Assembly (NCBI GenBank): GCA_036630325.1
Contig: CP142733.1
Span: 310,001-374,000, forward strand
Length of the DNA: 64,000 nucleotides
Source of the DNA: Vairimorpha necatrix
Taxonomy: Eukaryota
Reading direction: 5' to 3'
Positions 12,797 through 25,719 of the stretch are shown piece after piece. Within the stretch, counting starts at the first letter, position 1. Every line of letters begins with the position of its first letter. The notes under the pieces were generated by a model. That model was not told the DNA's origin and searched no databases. It saw nothing but the letters and a program-made list of their open reading frames with translations. Both the position numbers and the translations under genes were made by a program.

Positions 12797-15275
12797 TGTC
12801 AGGCGACGAACCTACGCTGACAATAAGAATCCCCAAATGTGACTGATTCTTATTTAATATAAATGTGATGGATTATATAAGTGATAGGTGGTAAATTAAT
12901 ATTGAATACGAGCATTTAGAGAGTTACCTTAATTTTAGCAAATTACTCTTTCGGAATAGACCGTCGAAATGGTCTATTCCAAATATTTCCTATTTATTTT
13001 TTCTCCAGCCCCTACCCCGAATCATGACTACAAATATTAATCCAAATAAATCTATTACTGATACTCCGTCATCTACTTCAGATCAGACCTCGTATCTGAT
13101 CACAAATGGCGACAACGAAGCGATTTAAACAAATGAGACAATGGATTCAGTGTTACACAGGTCGAGAAATCTGTTGGTGGTTGAAAAGTGGTATGGGTTT
13201 AAAGGACTAAAGGGAGAGGACCCCAAAGCATTCATAAATTAATTTATCGAATATGAAAAACAATGGACGCAAAACGTACTATATCTGAAGGTAACTGCGA
13301 AACTAAAATGCAGGGCGGAACTATGGTTTAAGGCAAACCAAGAAGATATGCCAACCTACAAGTCTTTCTTCGAGAGATTAAAGAAGAAGTACATTAAAAA
13401 AGAGACGAGTACTCAGAAAGCGGAAATGGTTTGTAATTGCATAAAAGAAGGCCCCAAATGCCCAGATGTACTTTCATATGCCTACAACTTAAAAATATAC
13501 GCAAAGTGGAGACACTATTCATAAGAAGTAGAGAGCGGCTAATGGAATTATTTGAAGATGAATATATTAGAGATAATATAGAAAGGTGTAGTGATTGGGA
13601 CGATCTTGAGGAATACCTTGAGCGAAAAGAAGAGATTCTTAATAAAAAGTTAAAACCATTTTCTAAGAAAAAAACTTTTAAAACGAAAAAGATAATTGTC
13701 ATGTATCCGGGGTACATGGCCATTTTTATAATATCTCTCTAAATAGTTTTTAATGTAAATATGTTTATTGATGGTTTTAGTCTCTCTCTTGGATTCTATA
13801 TATTCCATACCCTTCACAGACAGACTTTCTTTTATAGTTTATTTTTAATTTGAAGATTCTTGTCAACACTAAACTACAAACATTGGCGTACTTACGAATG
13901 TAGTAACGACCATGCAACTTTCGTTTGTTTGTTTGTTTGTGCGACTCATCTTGACATGTAACTTGAAATGCTTGACATGTCTTTGGGCATCAGTGACAGA
14001 TGACATATTTGACATCTGTTCATGTGATGTAGCAATGTACATCACAATAATGAAGGAGAATTCGGAGCCTGAGAAGACCCAGACAAGAGAAAATGAGAAA
14101 CCTAAATGGCAACCTAAGAGAAAAGTATTGTACATATCAGCTACAGTCATTTAAGAAAATGACAATAGGCCGAGACTACAGCTCACAGACGGCTAACATT
14201 CTCTAGAAGCATTGATAGATACTGGGGCTACAGTATCGGTTATAAAGCGAAAGGAAGCCCAAAACATAGGCATGAGAATGACCAAAACAGCGGGGGAGAT
14301 AAGAGGATTGTCCGGTAAGCGAAAGTGTTGGGATGTGGCAACCTTCGAATAAGAAGAGAATACACAAAACACGAAGAAGTAATAAAGGTTCTTGTGGTCG
14401 AAGATATGTGAGAGTCATTAATCTTAGCCATCGACGATGTTAGAAAACTTAAGTGGTTCCATTTATCACTGGAAGGAATGAAAAAAAAGAAATCTAGAAC
14501 TGAAGTCATATGGAAGCAAGAGTCGACATAAAAGAAACATTACCTTTCGAAGATATTTTTTTGATCTTGTTAAGAACATGGACTGCGGAGATGCGAACAT
14601 AAAGGATAGTTACAATAAAATCATACAAAATTATTCTGAGGTATTTACTGATACGGATAGGCCAATAAACATCGATATTGAGCACGCAAATACCTAGTGG
14701 AAGATGGTAAAATCACAGCATGTCCGAAATATAAGAGATCTCCTGAAGAACATAAAACTATCAAGGAAGAAGTTAAGAAGTTTTTAGAAATGGCGTTATT
14801 AAGAAAGCGAAAGCCAATATGTCTCACCAGTGGTCTTGTGTAAGAAGAAAGAATGAGGGATAAGATTCTGCATTGATTTCAGAAGAATAAACAAGATAAC
14901 AATTATGTTAGAATATTCAATGCCGAGAATTGATGAGACTCTAGACCAGTTGCAAGGGGCGAAAATCTCTAAGCGATGGACCTTGAAGCGGCTTACAACC
15001 AAGTAAGTGTACGCATGGAGTACCGATATAAGACGGCCTTTTATACGAGAGAAGGAATTTACCAATGGAAAAAGATGCCCTTTTGACTAATCAACGCGCC
15101 ATACACGTTCCAAAAGATAATGAAAAAACATTTTTCAAAGCACATGTACAAATTTGTCATGGTGTACTTAGACGATATACTTGTGTACTCAAAAGACCAC
15201 GCATCACATATAAAACATCTAATACTTGTATTAGAGATAATCAAAAACATAGGATTTAAATTAAAGAAAGGAAAA
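12797..15275 (+). mobile_element. Ty3/Gypsy element, 5' part (LTR, gag, protease, RT), truncated
   Basis: LTR 12797-13104 (TG...CA). PBS TGGCGACAAC at 13107. Protease LIDTGA (~14215). RT motifs RFCIDFR, MPF and YLDD (~15165). Confidence 0.88.
13697..14046. mobile_element. Solo LTR, ~350-bp family (copy 2), inserted in gag
   Basis: TG...CA ends, TSD ATAAT, similar to 11402-11762. Confidence 0.88.
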
Positions 15276-16480
15276 GCCGCAACGGTCTGTGCCCGGACTT
15301 TTTTTTTCTCTAAGGGTCCCCCCTAGAGAGAAACGAAAAAAAAATAATAAAAAAAGCATTTTATTCTAAAAATATTTTGATAATTTCTATAAAGAACTCT
15401 CTTGAACTTTTGTTGTTTTCATTAATGGGACACCTTCTTCTCCATTTAAATTCTTCCAAAAAATCTGGTGTCGCACTTTCTTTAACCCCCTTTCTAGCTA
15501 TTATATCACATTAAGATGTGACCAGACTCCTCTATTAAGTTTGTGGTTTCACCTGCTTCGTTTTTAAAGCCTTCATCATGAATTACAACGCGATGATCAC
15601 TGTTGATAGATTCTTCTGCTGCGGGATAAGATTTATGCCCATCAGTTTTGCATATCGTGTCGTTTTTCATGTATTTTTTAAAAATCCGAGTCATCGTCTG
15701 TATAGTCCGGTTAGGTACTATTTCGATTCTCAGTTCTAACGTTCGCTCGTCTATAGTCCCAACCAACCACGTACAATTTTTGACTGTGTCATATCTTTCC
15801 GATGTATATTTGACAAATTTTTCCCTTACTATAACTGTTTCTTCTGTCTGTGTCATTTCTTCAACCCCTTCTATTTTTTTGGCGTTTGAGATTTTCCTTT
15901 TTCAGCGCTTCGTATATTTTTTTTAGCCCTGAAGACACTGGAAGCAGACACGCGGATATTTTTGTTTAAGTTAAGTATAGACTGTTTTTCAGTGAACGAA
16001 TACAGAATATACAAATAATTATGTATAGGTATTTTGGGATTAGAAAAGGCAGTTTTATCAAAAACTTCGATTGATGTTCCACACCCGTCCTTCTCCTACA
16101 CTTAAACCGGTGGCAGTCTATGTACGAATCGTCCGGTGTTAAAGCCATTGTTCCGTAACAATTCGTACATTCTATTGTTGTTTTTTAGTAGATTTTTATC
16201 CACTAGCCAACATATTGCCTCATGTGGATCTTGAAAGATTTTTGACCTACTGTCAAGCGGCTCCAGACATACCATAAGGGTAAAATATTTTTGAAAAAAT
16301 CATCCAAAAAACAAAAATGTTTATAACTCAAGAAATGTTAATCCGAATGAATCTAAACAAATCTGTAAAATTTCGACTCTTGGGGATATGGTTCGTAAAA
16401 AACATTTCCCCACTTTACGGTCTGTGCCCGGATTCAGTACGTAAAATATTATGGAAAGTTCGGGCACATACCGTTGCGCC
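15276..16480 (-). mobile_element. Merlin transposon, transposase pseudogene
   Basis: TIR G(G/C)CGCAACGGT(C/A)TGTGCCCG. Motifs WLVG, KTDGHKSY, TTNLIE. Flanks differ. Confidence 0.88.
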
Positions 16481-17028
16481 GTTCTTTCTAGCATCCCATA
16501 ACACCAAAAACCTTAAACCAATCTTCCCCCGTGGTATTTATTTTTGCCTATTTTGCTTCCATCGATCTCCACTATAATATTTTTGTCTCCTATTTGCTTT
16601 GTCTTATTTATATATTTCTCATAAATTTTTAATTTATAAAATTTCTCAAGTGTATAAATTACATTTAGAATATTACAGTCCAAAATTTTAGAAATATGCG
16701 CTATTTTAAGTTCCATTATCCATAGATTAACAATTTTCAGCATAAGAAGAAGATCTATCTTACTATTTGAAAATATAATATTATTACAAATTGAAAAATC
16801 TGTGGCCATATTTAAGAAACTTGCATCTCAAATAAGCTGTTTCGTTAGATACTCTAGATGTATTCCCTCCACAAATTTTACATTTCTGCTTATATTTCTT
16901 GTTGAGCAGACGTTCGTAAAAATTTTCAATTTCTTCCTTTTTCAGCATTCCCTTTCTTTTTTAAAAATAGGGGCAAATTTTTAAAATCTTGACCCCTCCA
17001 TTTTTTTTACACTAATGCTGATTTTAGC
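16481..17028 (-). mobile_element. Merlin transposon, 5' half (family of 8155)
   Basis: TIR TACACTAATGCTGATTTTAGCC. Motif IVEIDGSKIGKNKY. About 100 bp are also present at 8674-8778. Confidence 0.85.
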
Positions 17029-17119
17029 CAAACAAATAAAAAAAAAATTATAGGTAAAAAAAACAAAATAAAACAAAAAATGCATATATATATATATAAA
17101 AAGAATCAGCATTTACCCC

Positions 17120-17797
17120 AATGTTGCAATCAAGCTATGTGTTTTTGATGTTTTAAAAACTTCTGGAGAAACAAAGAAGCACTACACTATAACAAGACGA
17201 ATTTATTTATCGACAATTATTCAGATGACGTGAGGGCGTTGTATGATGATAAAGTTGTCGATTTGCAGGCAGAAAAGGTTGTAGTCAGCCATTCTTCGGT
17301 TGCCGTAGTGGTGTCGACTGAAGAAGATAGTGTTGAAAAGGATATAGAAGACTTGGTGGTGAATGTAGGTATGGAGAAGGAGGAGGCGAAGGAAGTTAGT
17401 AGAAGCATAGAAGATTTGGCCAAGAGGTGTATATAGAAGAAGTAGAGGGGAAATTGGAGAGGACCATATAAGTTTAGGAGAAGGACCAGAGGAGTTTGAG
17501 GGGAGTGATTGTATATTTATGCCAAAAATCTTTTTCAAAGAGAAAGATGTCGAGGGGCACGAGAAAATAATAAAAAGTGAAGAACTAACAGAAGAAGATT
17601 TGAAGGGAATAGGTGATCAAATTTCCGATCTCTATTCTCTCCATCTTCTGGAAGTGGGCTTTAAAAGGATGAGGGAGGCGGAAGAGAACTATAATAAGTC
17701 ATGGAGAGGGAGAATATATAATGCAATAGGAAGACATTTCTGTTTTTTTGTGGAAAATGACGAAGATTCGGAGGATATTGAGGACGAGTATGAATAA
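17120..17797 (+). pseudogene. Acidic hypothetical protein, paralog of 11388-12425
   Basis: CCCC-ATG start. ORF pieces 17230-17436 and 17519-17797. Flanks shared with the other copy. Confidence 0.7.
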
Positions 17798-20700
17798 AAA
17801 ATTAATATTTTAACTTCTTTTCTTTTTCAATTTCGAAGTTTTGTCCTCCACTTCCTACTCATCTTAAAATTTGGGGCAATAAAAATATCAACAAAAATAA
17901 TTTCACCAAAACTTAAATTATACTTATCAAAACAGGGGAATAAAAATCACATAAAAATCAATAAAAAGTAAAATATCACGCAACGGAGGATTTAATGTAA
18001 CATTAAAATTTATTTTTTTAATTTGTGATTTAAAACGTCTTTTTTAATATATATTTGACATTGTAATATATAATTATTTATTGCTATTGTCTTAATTTTT
18101 TATACAAACACATTACAATGAGTAAACAAAATTTTAAAAAAATTGTTGTTTTGAATTTTTAATATAAAAAATAATACTAGGTGAAAACATTTTTTAGAAC
18201 GTTTTTTTAGATGAACTTCTGTCGAATAGAGAAGTATCCCTTATTTGCTAGCAAATTATTGACTTTTGTATATGAAAAAGAATTAAGAAATATCAGAAGA
18301 AATAGATTAGACGGCAAAATTTTTATCCAGGTAGGCTAAATTATTTCAAAAATATATGTAAGATACTTTTAGAAAAGGCCTTAAATTAGTGATAAGTACT
18401 TTTTACAAAATGGTTATCTAAAAATCTATGCTTATCACAGAATTCATATAGCAAATGCATAGTCGAATGAGTCAAAAGGTTTTGATAAAAAAATACACAG
18501 AAAAAAAAAATGTCTCTATGGTTAGATTCTTTTTTGTCTCTATGAAAAATGAAATACTTATGTATAAAAAGAAACTGTTACCAGAAGGAGAGCTGGTTAT
18601 TGAAGAAGGCTTTTTATTAGAAATAGAACTATATTTATTTGGCATGTTCGTTCTATTTAAGATTTCTTAAATAGTTTTAGTTTCAGATCATTATCATTTG
18701 TTTCATCTTTCAGTTTCAGTCTGATTATTGGCGTGTGCAACACAGCCGGTAACACTCTCCCCTCTAAAGAACAAGGCTTCACTTCCAGGGAAGAGGTTAT
18801 ATCCCCCAATATATCGTCATCTTTATTATATACTACAAAATCGTTTCGGTTTATAGAGTGTTCTATTCCATCTTCAAGACTCCTTACTTTGTAGGCACTT
18901 TTAAGCTTGTTTTTCGTCACTATGTAGGGTCCGATGCATTTTCTATCAAGTTTGCTACTAATTTTCCTATTTCTGATAAACACCAATGTTCCTTCTTTTA
19001 CGTCGTCGGCGGGAAGTTTGCTCGACTTCTGTTCATCATATTTCCTAATATCCTCATCTTTCTTCGCACATACGAATTCTCGTATCTGGTTAGTCAGTTG
19101 TAATCCGCTCAGATAATCCGCAGGGTTTATGTACAACATTTCAAAATCACTTGGCAATTCTTTTATGGCGATAGGCAGTACACCTTTCCTGCCATAGAGC
19201 ATTTCAAATGAAGACATATGCAATTTCTCGATAGGAAATAGCCTGTACTGCATTAGTACAAGTGTAAAATCCTATCTCATTGGCTCTGATAATTCGTTAC
19301 CGCCTTCGATAATTTCACTATTAAACTTTGGTTTGTACGTTCTACAAGTCCATTTGATTGTGAGTGATAAGGGCTCGAGTGCCTGAAGTGAGCACCGAAT
19401 AGCTTTGTAATCTTTTTTACAATCTGATTAGTGAATTCTAATCCCTGGTCGCTTTTAATTATTTCTACTGTCCCGTGTCTACAGAAGATATCTTCCATAA
19501 TAATTTTAGCGATTTTGAATGCAGATTTATGCTTTACTGCCTTTGCTTCTACCCATCTAGTCATGTAGTCTGCGGCTACAATGATGAATCTCTTACCCGA
19601 CGAACATTTGGGTACAGGGCCAATGCAGCCAATTCCGATCATTTTGAATGACTAGTCCAGTCTTGTTGGGAACACTACGAATTTTTTGCGTGGTTTTTTA
19701 TGTTCTACGCACGTCACACAACCGTTTATAACCCTTTTTACGTCTTCCTTCTTGATACTAGAAGCCAAACTGTGTGACTTCGAAAACAGGATGGTTGCCT
19801 CTGTGCCTCCGTGTCCTATGTAAGGGTGTGCTTCTCTTATTGCGTCTTTTATGCTCTTCTCCACAGAATATGGCGCGAGCTGCATGTTTGACGCATTGAC
19901 TCTAGATAATCTAGTAGCATATGTGATATCCCTTCCTTGTACTCTATCTTAAAGCGTAGTCGCTCAGAAACATTAACCACCGAGCTATTCCTTCTTGTGG
20001 ATTTTTCACTTTATACAGCCACATGAGGAGCTCATGGTCGCTCTTAATTGTAAATTCATCGTGTAAGTACATTTTAAAGCTTTTAACTGTGGAATTTGTC
20101 GTAAAGTTTCCTTTTCTAAAGTCGTATAATTACTTTCATGTTTATTCAGAGGTCTACCCGCACAGCCTTTCGTTACTTATTTGCCCGCCTGTGCCTGTTT
20201 AGAGGCTCCCCGATACACGAGTCCGAAGCGTCTGCTTCGATAATAAATAATCGTTTCATTGCGGGGAGTGTCAGCCATGGGCTGTTTATTAGTTCTAATC
20301 TAAGAGAATCTACGTCTTCTCTTACCTCCGTTGCGATAGGGTCTTTCTCGTTTATAGGCCGGTGTATATCTATGGCTTTTTCACTGAAGTTTCTAATGAA
20401 CACACGATAGAATCTCAAGAGTCCGATAGCTGATTGTAGTTGTCTAATATTTTTTAACTCAAGCGCAGTTTCTAGTGGCCCCATTATTGATTTTTCAGAA
20501 GTCACTGATCCCGAGACTATAGTATATTCAAGGATGTCTATTGTATCCGTCATAAACTTACTTTTTTTGAAATTTATTTGTAAGTTGTTTTTCGCTAAAA
20601 TATCAAAAACCTCTTTAAGGTGAACCTAGTGTTCTGCCCTTGTTTAGGAGTACACGAAGATATCATCTAAGTAGACTGCGGTGGTTCTATTTAGTTGTTT

Positions 20701-21290
20701 TTTAAATATTTTATACATTAAGCTTTGGAATGTCGCTGGCGCATATGTCAGACCAAAGGGCATTCTTCAAAATTGAAACTTTCCAGATGGTGTCATAAAC
20801 GCAGTGAGCTTCTTTAATTCATTTTTCATGAGTATTTGGTAATATCCCCTTTCCCAGATCTAGCTGGGAGTATATTCTCGCCGTTCAAGTACGTTAAGTA
20901 TTCTTCAATCAACGAAGGCTGACATACTTCTTTAACAGTGATCTCGTTAACTCCCTGAAGTCTATGCACAATCGCATACCACCGTCCTTTTTTAGTGCTA
21001 CTACTGTGAGGGCATTCCATGTGCTCGTGCTTTCCTCAATTATTCCTTCGTCTACAAGTCTCTCGACTTCTTCTTGTATAAATTTCCTTTTTTCTAGACT
21101 CAATGGGCAATTTCGCTTACATATAACTTTGGGGCCGTTAGTTGAATTTCATGTTCCACTGTTGAACTTGTTCCCTTGTGCTTAGATACTCGTGTCTTAT
21201 AACGGTCTGTGGTTTAGTAATCGAAGCTTGCTTCACTTCGGGGTTTGCATCAATAGTTAGAAGTTTAGGTCGCCTCGTGTTTAACAAAAT

Positions 21291-21589
21291 TGTGGTATAA
21301 CCACATGTTTCTAGAGTGACCAATCAATAAGGAAACGTCAAGCAGTTTTAAAACACGCCGATATTCAACAAAGGCCAATGGTCCATTATGAAACATTCAA
21401 AAGTGGTTGGTGAAACGCAACTATAAATAGCAAAATTATGTCGTAGACACGAATTAATGAACAGAAACTTAAACACATATTTTACACCTAACAATAAACA
21501 AACAAAAACACCTAACAATAAAACAATTAAAATACTAAAGTTAATTCTATAAGCGTGCTGGAACATTTTTACCAGCACGGATACGTACA
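21291..21589. mobile_element. Solo LTR or MITE inserted in pol
   Basis: TGT...ACA ends, AAAT duplicated. Absent from the paralog at ~49500. Confidence 0.75.
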
Positions 21590-21870
21590 AAATATAGGAA
21601 TTTATAATTTTATTATTTAACCTGATTGTCTGATCCTCATAATCTTTTGCGACTCCGTGCTTCATCATAAAGTCGCGCCCAAGTATAATGGTTTCATTCA
21701 GGTTTTGCACCACAATTATTGTCGTTTTGAATCGTTCCTCACTAATATTAATTTTTGCTACCAATGAAGCGTTTACTACAGTGCTAGAAATTGCAGTTCT
21801 GAGTGTGACTCCTTTCCCTTTTCTTAATTCCTCTCTGCTAACTAGGTCTTCATTAATAAATAAATAAAAG

Positions 21871-22979
21871 GGCTCTAGGGCCTATTCCCGGGTATTTTTT
21901 TTGCTTAAAGGGTCCTCCCTTTAAACAAAAAAAATTATAGAAAAAAAAAAAGAAATCTCAATTATTTATTTCGAATTAAAAGTTTTAAGAGAGTTAAAAA
22001 AGCGTCTTTATAGGCTTTGGAATCATGAAATTTAAATTTCTTCTCCTCCAAACATATTCTTATATATACCCTGGTATTGAATAACCTGGTAATTCTTTCC
22101 TCGTTTTGATGTCCGATTTGAAATGAGACCACTCACATACTATTAAATTAGTGTGGTCTCCATCAGTATTGGTGAATCCTTCCTAATGGTTCACGATTTT
22201 ATGTACTCCGCCAATCCCCGCAACAGAGTATGGGTAGGATCTGTGTTCATCTGTTTTTATTACAGAATATGACTAATATTTTCAGAGAAAAAGTCGAAGA
22301 AAGTTTCTTTTTTTCTATTTGGTAAAACTTTAAGAACTAGTTTTCTAGTTTTTTCTTCCACTGCGCCAATTATCCAAGTAGCTTTACTGATTGAATCATA
22401 CATTTCAGATGGTGACTTAATAAGTTTTCCTTTTATTATAACACTCTCATCCACTTGTATTGGATGCTCTGGCCCCAATTTCTCCCATGTATTCTTTTAT
22501 CTTCAGTTATTTCTTCTATAATATTCCTTTTATTTCTTTTTATAGTATTTAAAGAAACCGAAGTATTTTTATTAATATTATATTTATAATTTTTTTCCAG
22601 CCATGAATATATTATAAAAAAGTATTCGCTTGTGTCTATCTTTGGACTTGAAACTTTTAGCCCCTCAAAAACTGATTTGGATTTTCTGCACAATATGTTA
22701 GTACATCTGAATCGAAAACCGTTCGAATAAAAAAAATCATGTTCCGAAACATTGCTCTCATAACATTTCGAGCATGTTTTAAATTCTTCAAGTAAGTCAT
22801 GCCTTTGAATAAAGGCCATGGCTGCTTTATTTGAAGAAAAAATGTCAGATCTCAAATTTCTTGGTTTTTCTTCAAAATTATTCATTTTTTAGGGGTTGTA
22901 AAAATTTCCCAGTTTAGGGCCTATTCCCGGGAAATGCCGTCTTTTTTACGTTCATTACCCGGGAATAGGCCCTAGCGCC
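21871..22979 (-). mobile_element. Merlin transposon, frameshifted transposase (ATG 22885)
   Basis: TIR GGC(G/T)CTAGGGCCTATTCCCGGG. 8-bp TSD AATAAAAG. Motifs IQVDES, WIIG. Confidence 0.92.
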
Positions 22980-23986
22980 AATAAAAGGCACCTGAATCGA
23001 AAAGTATTCTCACTACATCGCCATTAAAATATCCTTCGACCGTAGTGTAATTTGTGTACTTTGACACAGGATCTGTTGTAACTAATAACACTTTCTTTCT
23101 TCGTGTTTATTACAGTCCTTATATAAGTGCTCACCTCCGAACTTATAACATACTAACTTTTTTGATTTCTCTTTCGTCCTTGTAGTATCTGGCCTCGAAA
23201 TCCTCGCTTCTCTCGGCTTACTTTGTTCAGGTCTCTGCCTTGAACTCTCAATAAACTTACGATCTCTCTCGCAAATCTCTAGTACCTCGACCCACGACGT
23301 TGCCTCTTCCACCTTTTCTTTTAGTGATGGTGGGGAAAGTTTAGCCAATTCCTCCGTGATTTCCGATATGCCGACCTTAGCTTTCTTGTTAAGCTTTACC
23401 AGGTCATATATAAAGTCATCAATCTTCAAATTTATAGGTCCTTAATAAAGTCTCTTGTAGAGCATTTTGATAGGGTCGATTCCTTCTTGGAATTCTTCTT
23501 TCCCGTACTTTCTTAGAAATATTTCTTTAAACTTCGTGTAGTCTTCAAACTCGTTTTCAATCATTGTTTTATACCATCGGAGAGCCGACTCCCCTAAGTA
23601 TCTCTTAATGTAGTTAAGCAGTTTCATAGCAATCAAGTCTCCTTTGAGGTACTTGAATTGATTAATCCAAACTCATACATTCTCGCTTTGGGTTCAGTTG
23701 AACTTCACCATAGTGTTGGTAGATATTCCCAACTTTTCTAGTAGATGGCTCAATTCGTTGGGTTTCGAATAGTTGTCGCCGGTGTTACCAGAAGGAGAGC
23801 TGGTTATTTAAGAAGACTTTTTTTTAGAGAAAGAACTATATTTTTTTTTTGGCATATTTCTTCTATTTAAGATTTCTTAATTAGTTTTAGTTTCGGATCT
23901 GAAACAAGTATTTTTCAGATCATTATGATTTGTTTCACCTTTCAGTTACAGTCTGATTATTGACGTGTGCAACACAGCCGGTAACA

Positions 23987-24274
23987 AGCTTTTTAAATAG
24001 TTTTTAATATTATATATTTTATTGATGGTTTTTCTTATACTCCATACCCTTCAAAGACAGACTTTCTTTTATAGTTTATTTTTAATTTATTAATTGTTGT
24101 CAACACTAAACACAAACATTGGCGTACTTACAAATGTAGAAACAGCCGTGCAACATTCGTTTGTTTGTGTGGCCCATCTTGACAGGTTGCTTGTGATGCC
24201 CGACGTGTCATTGGAGATACGTGACAGGCGATGTTTATGACACATGCACTTATGATGTAGTAATATACATCACA
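23987..24274. mobile_element. Truncated solo LTR, ~350-bp family (copy 3)
   Basis: Similar to 13740-14046, ending TACATCACA. Confidence 0.8.
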
Positions 24275-25107
24275 ATGCTATTTTAGACTATTCGTTTTTT
24301 CATGATTTTATTCTCTTCTTGTTATTGCCTATATATTATTGCATTATGAAATAAATGTTTTGCTAAACACAAAAGCGTCATATAAACTTATGATCTTTAC
24401 TTACTTTGATTTTTTTTTTCTTCCTGACAAGTAGTAGAATAAGAACAAGATTTATACAAGAATCCCAATGGTTTTGGTAAATAACATAATTGAAATATGG
24501 ATTTCTACTATTTTTAAATCCTACAAATACATGCTGCTGCACAGATCTCTGCCTATTCATTAAATTTGTCAGCATGAAAATCCTTTTCTCCCTATAGCTT
24601 AAATTACATCGATGAAATCAGATAATATATTTACATAACGATATATATATACATCAGCAGAGAAAAATTATCACTTAATTGCTTTATGTATCTATGTGTC
24701 ATCTATACCTTGGATGTCTCCCCTTCTACACATAATATCACCAGCAATTTGTTTTAATACCTCTTTGACTATATTATCACTATAATTAGATCATCGGCCA
24801 GGTTACATATCATGCTGTAGTCCATAACAACAAATTCTATATAATTTTTTCCAGTCAAGTGTCAATATTAGCTCACAAATTTATTCATGAATATATAGTA
24901 ATAGTATTGTTGAAACACATTTAATACATTGTGTAATGAGAACTCAATATATAAGTACAATCTTGGCTCCTTGATGTAATCTATTTAAGTGGCTTAATTC
25001 ATTATTTTGAGGTCGTACATATTTGATATATCAGATCTTATTGTCATTCGTTGACATTTTCATCATCTAAGTTTTACTAGCTGAGAATATAAATATATGA
25101 TTTTACA

Positions 25108-25172
25108 CAATGGGAATCGAACTCGTGGACTAAAAGCAGAATCTTTTTAAGTGAACGACTGTGCCAAACATA
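25108..25172 (-). other. tRNA-like relic or SINE head
   Basis: Minus strand shows A-box-like TGGCACAGTCG and B-box GTTCGATTCCC at tRNA-like spacing. No complete cloverleaf. Confidence 0.4.
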
Positions 25173-25719
25173 ATGTTTTTTTAAAAAGTTATTTTTACCC
25201 CTTTTTGATTGTCTTTTTCAGGTTAATACTTTCTTCTACACATAAAGAAATATTTCAGTTTGCCAAATTTGAAAATTAACTAGATAAATAAAAATATAAG
25301 TACAGTTGCAGTATAGTTTGATCCTTTTGTTTTATTAGAATGTTATATTTATTCTCTTTAATTATAGATCACTAATAAATCAAAAAAACAACTAACATTA
25401 TATCGCTAAAATTATATTTAATATCTAATATGAAACAATATTTTACACATATAACCAGTTATTTTCAGATTTTACTGGCTTTCTATTAATGTCTCTAACA
25501 TATAAATATTCATTATTTTCTTATGAATCTTTTCGATGTTAAACTGGTTATTTGTTTTTTCTTTTCCTCCTTCCATCATGCTTGGGGTTAAAATTAAGTT
25601 TAAAATATGTAAATATTGTGAAATGTCAAATTTATAGCAGCTCTTTAGGCCTTAAGACAAAGATAATTGAATTTTAAAATCAATAGTACCTATTAATGGC
25701 ATTTCACTGATATTATCCA

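Larger units (their letters stand above)
18576..23986 (-). mobile_element. Full-length degenerate Ty3/Gypsy element (family of 48228) with nested solo LTR and Merlin
   Basis: LTRs 23783-23986 (5') and 18576-18754 (3'). Gag, protease, RT, RNase H (IEADASD) and integrase (SDQG, SNGLVER) fragments in PR-RT-RH-IN order. Flanks GAAAC/AGCTT differ. Confidence 0.93.
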
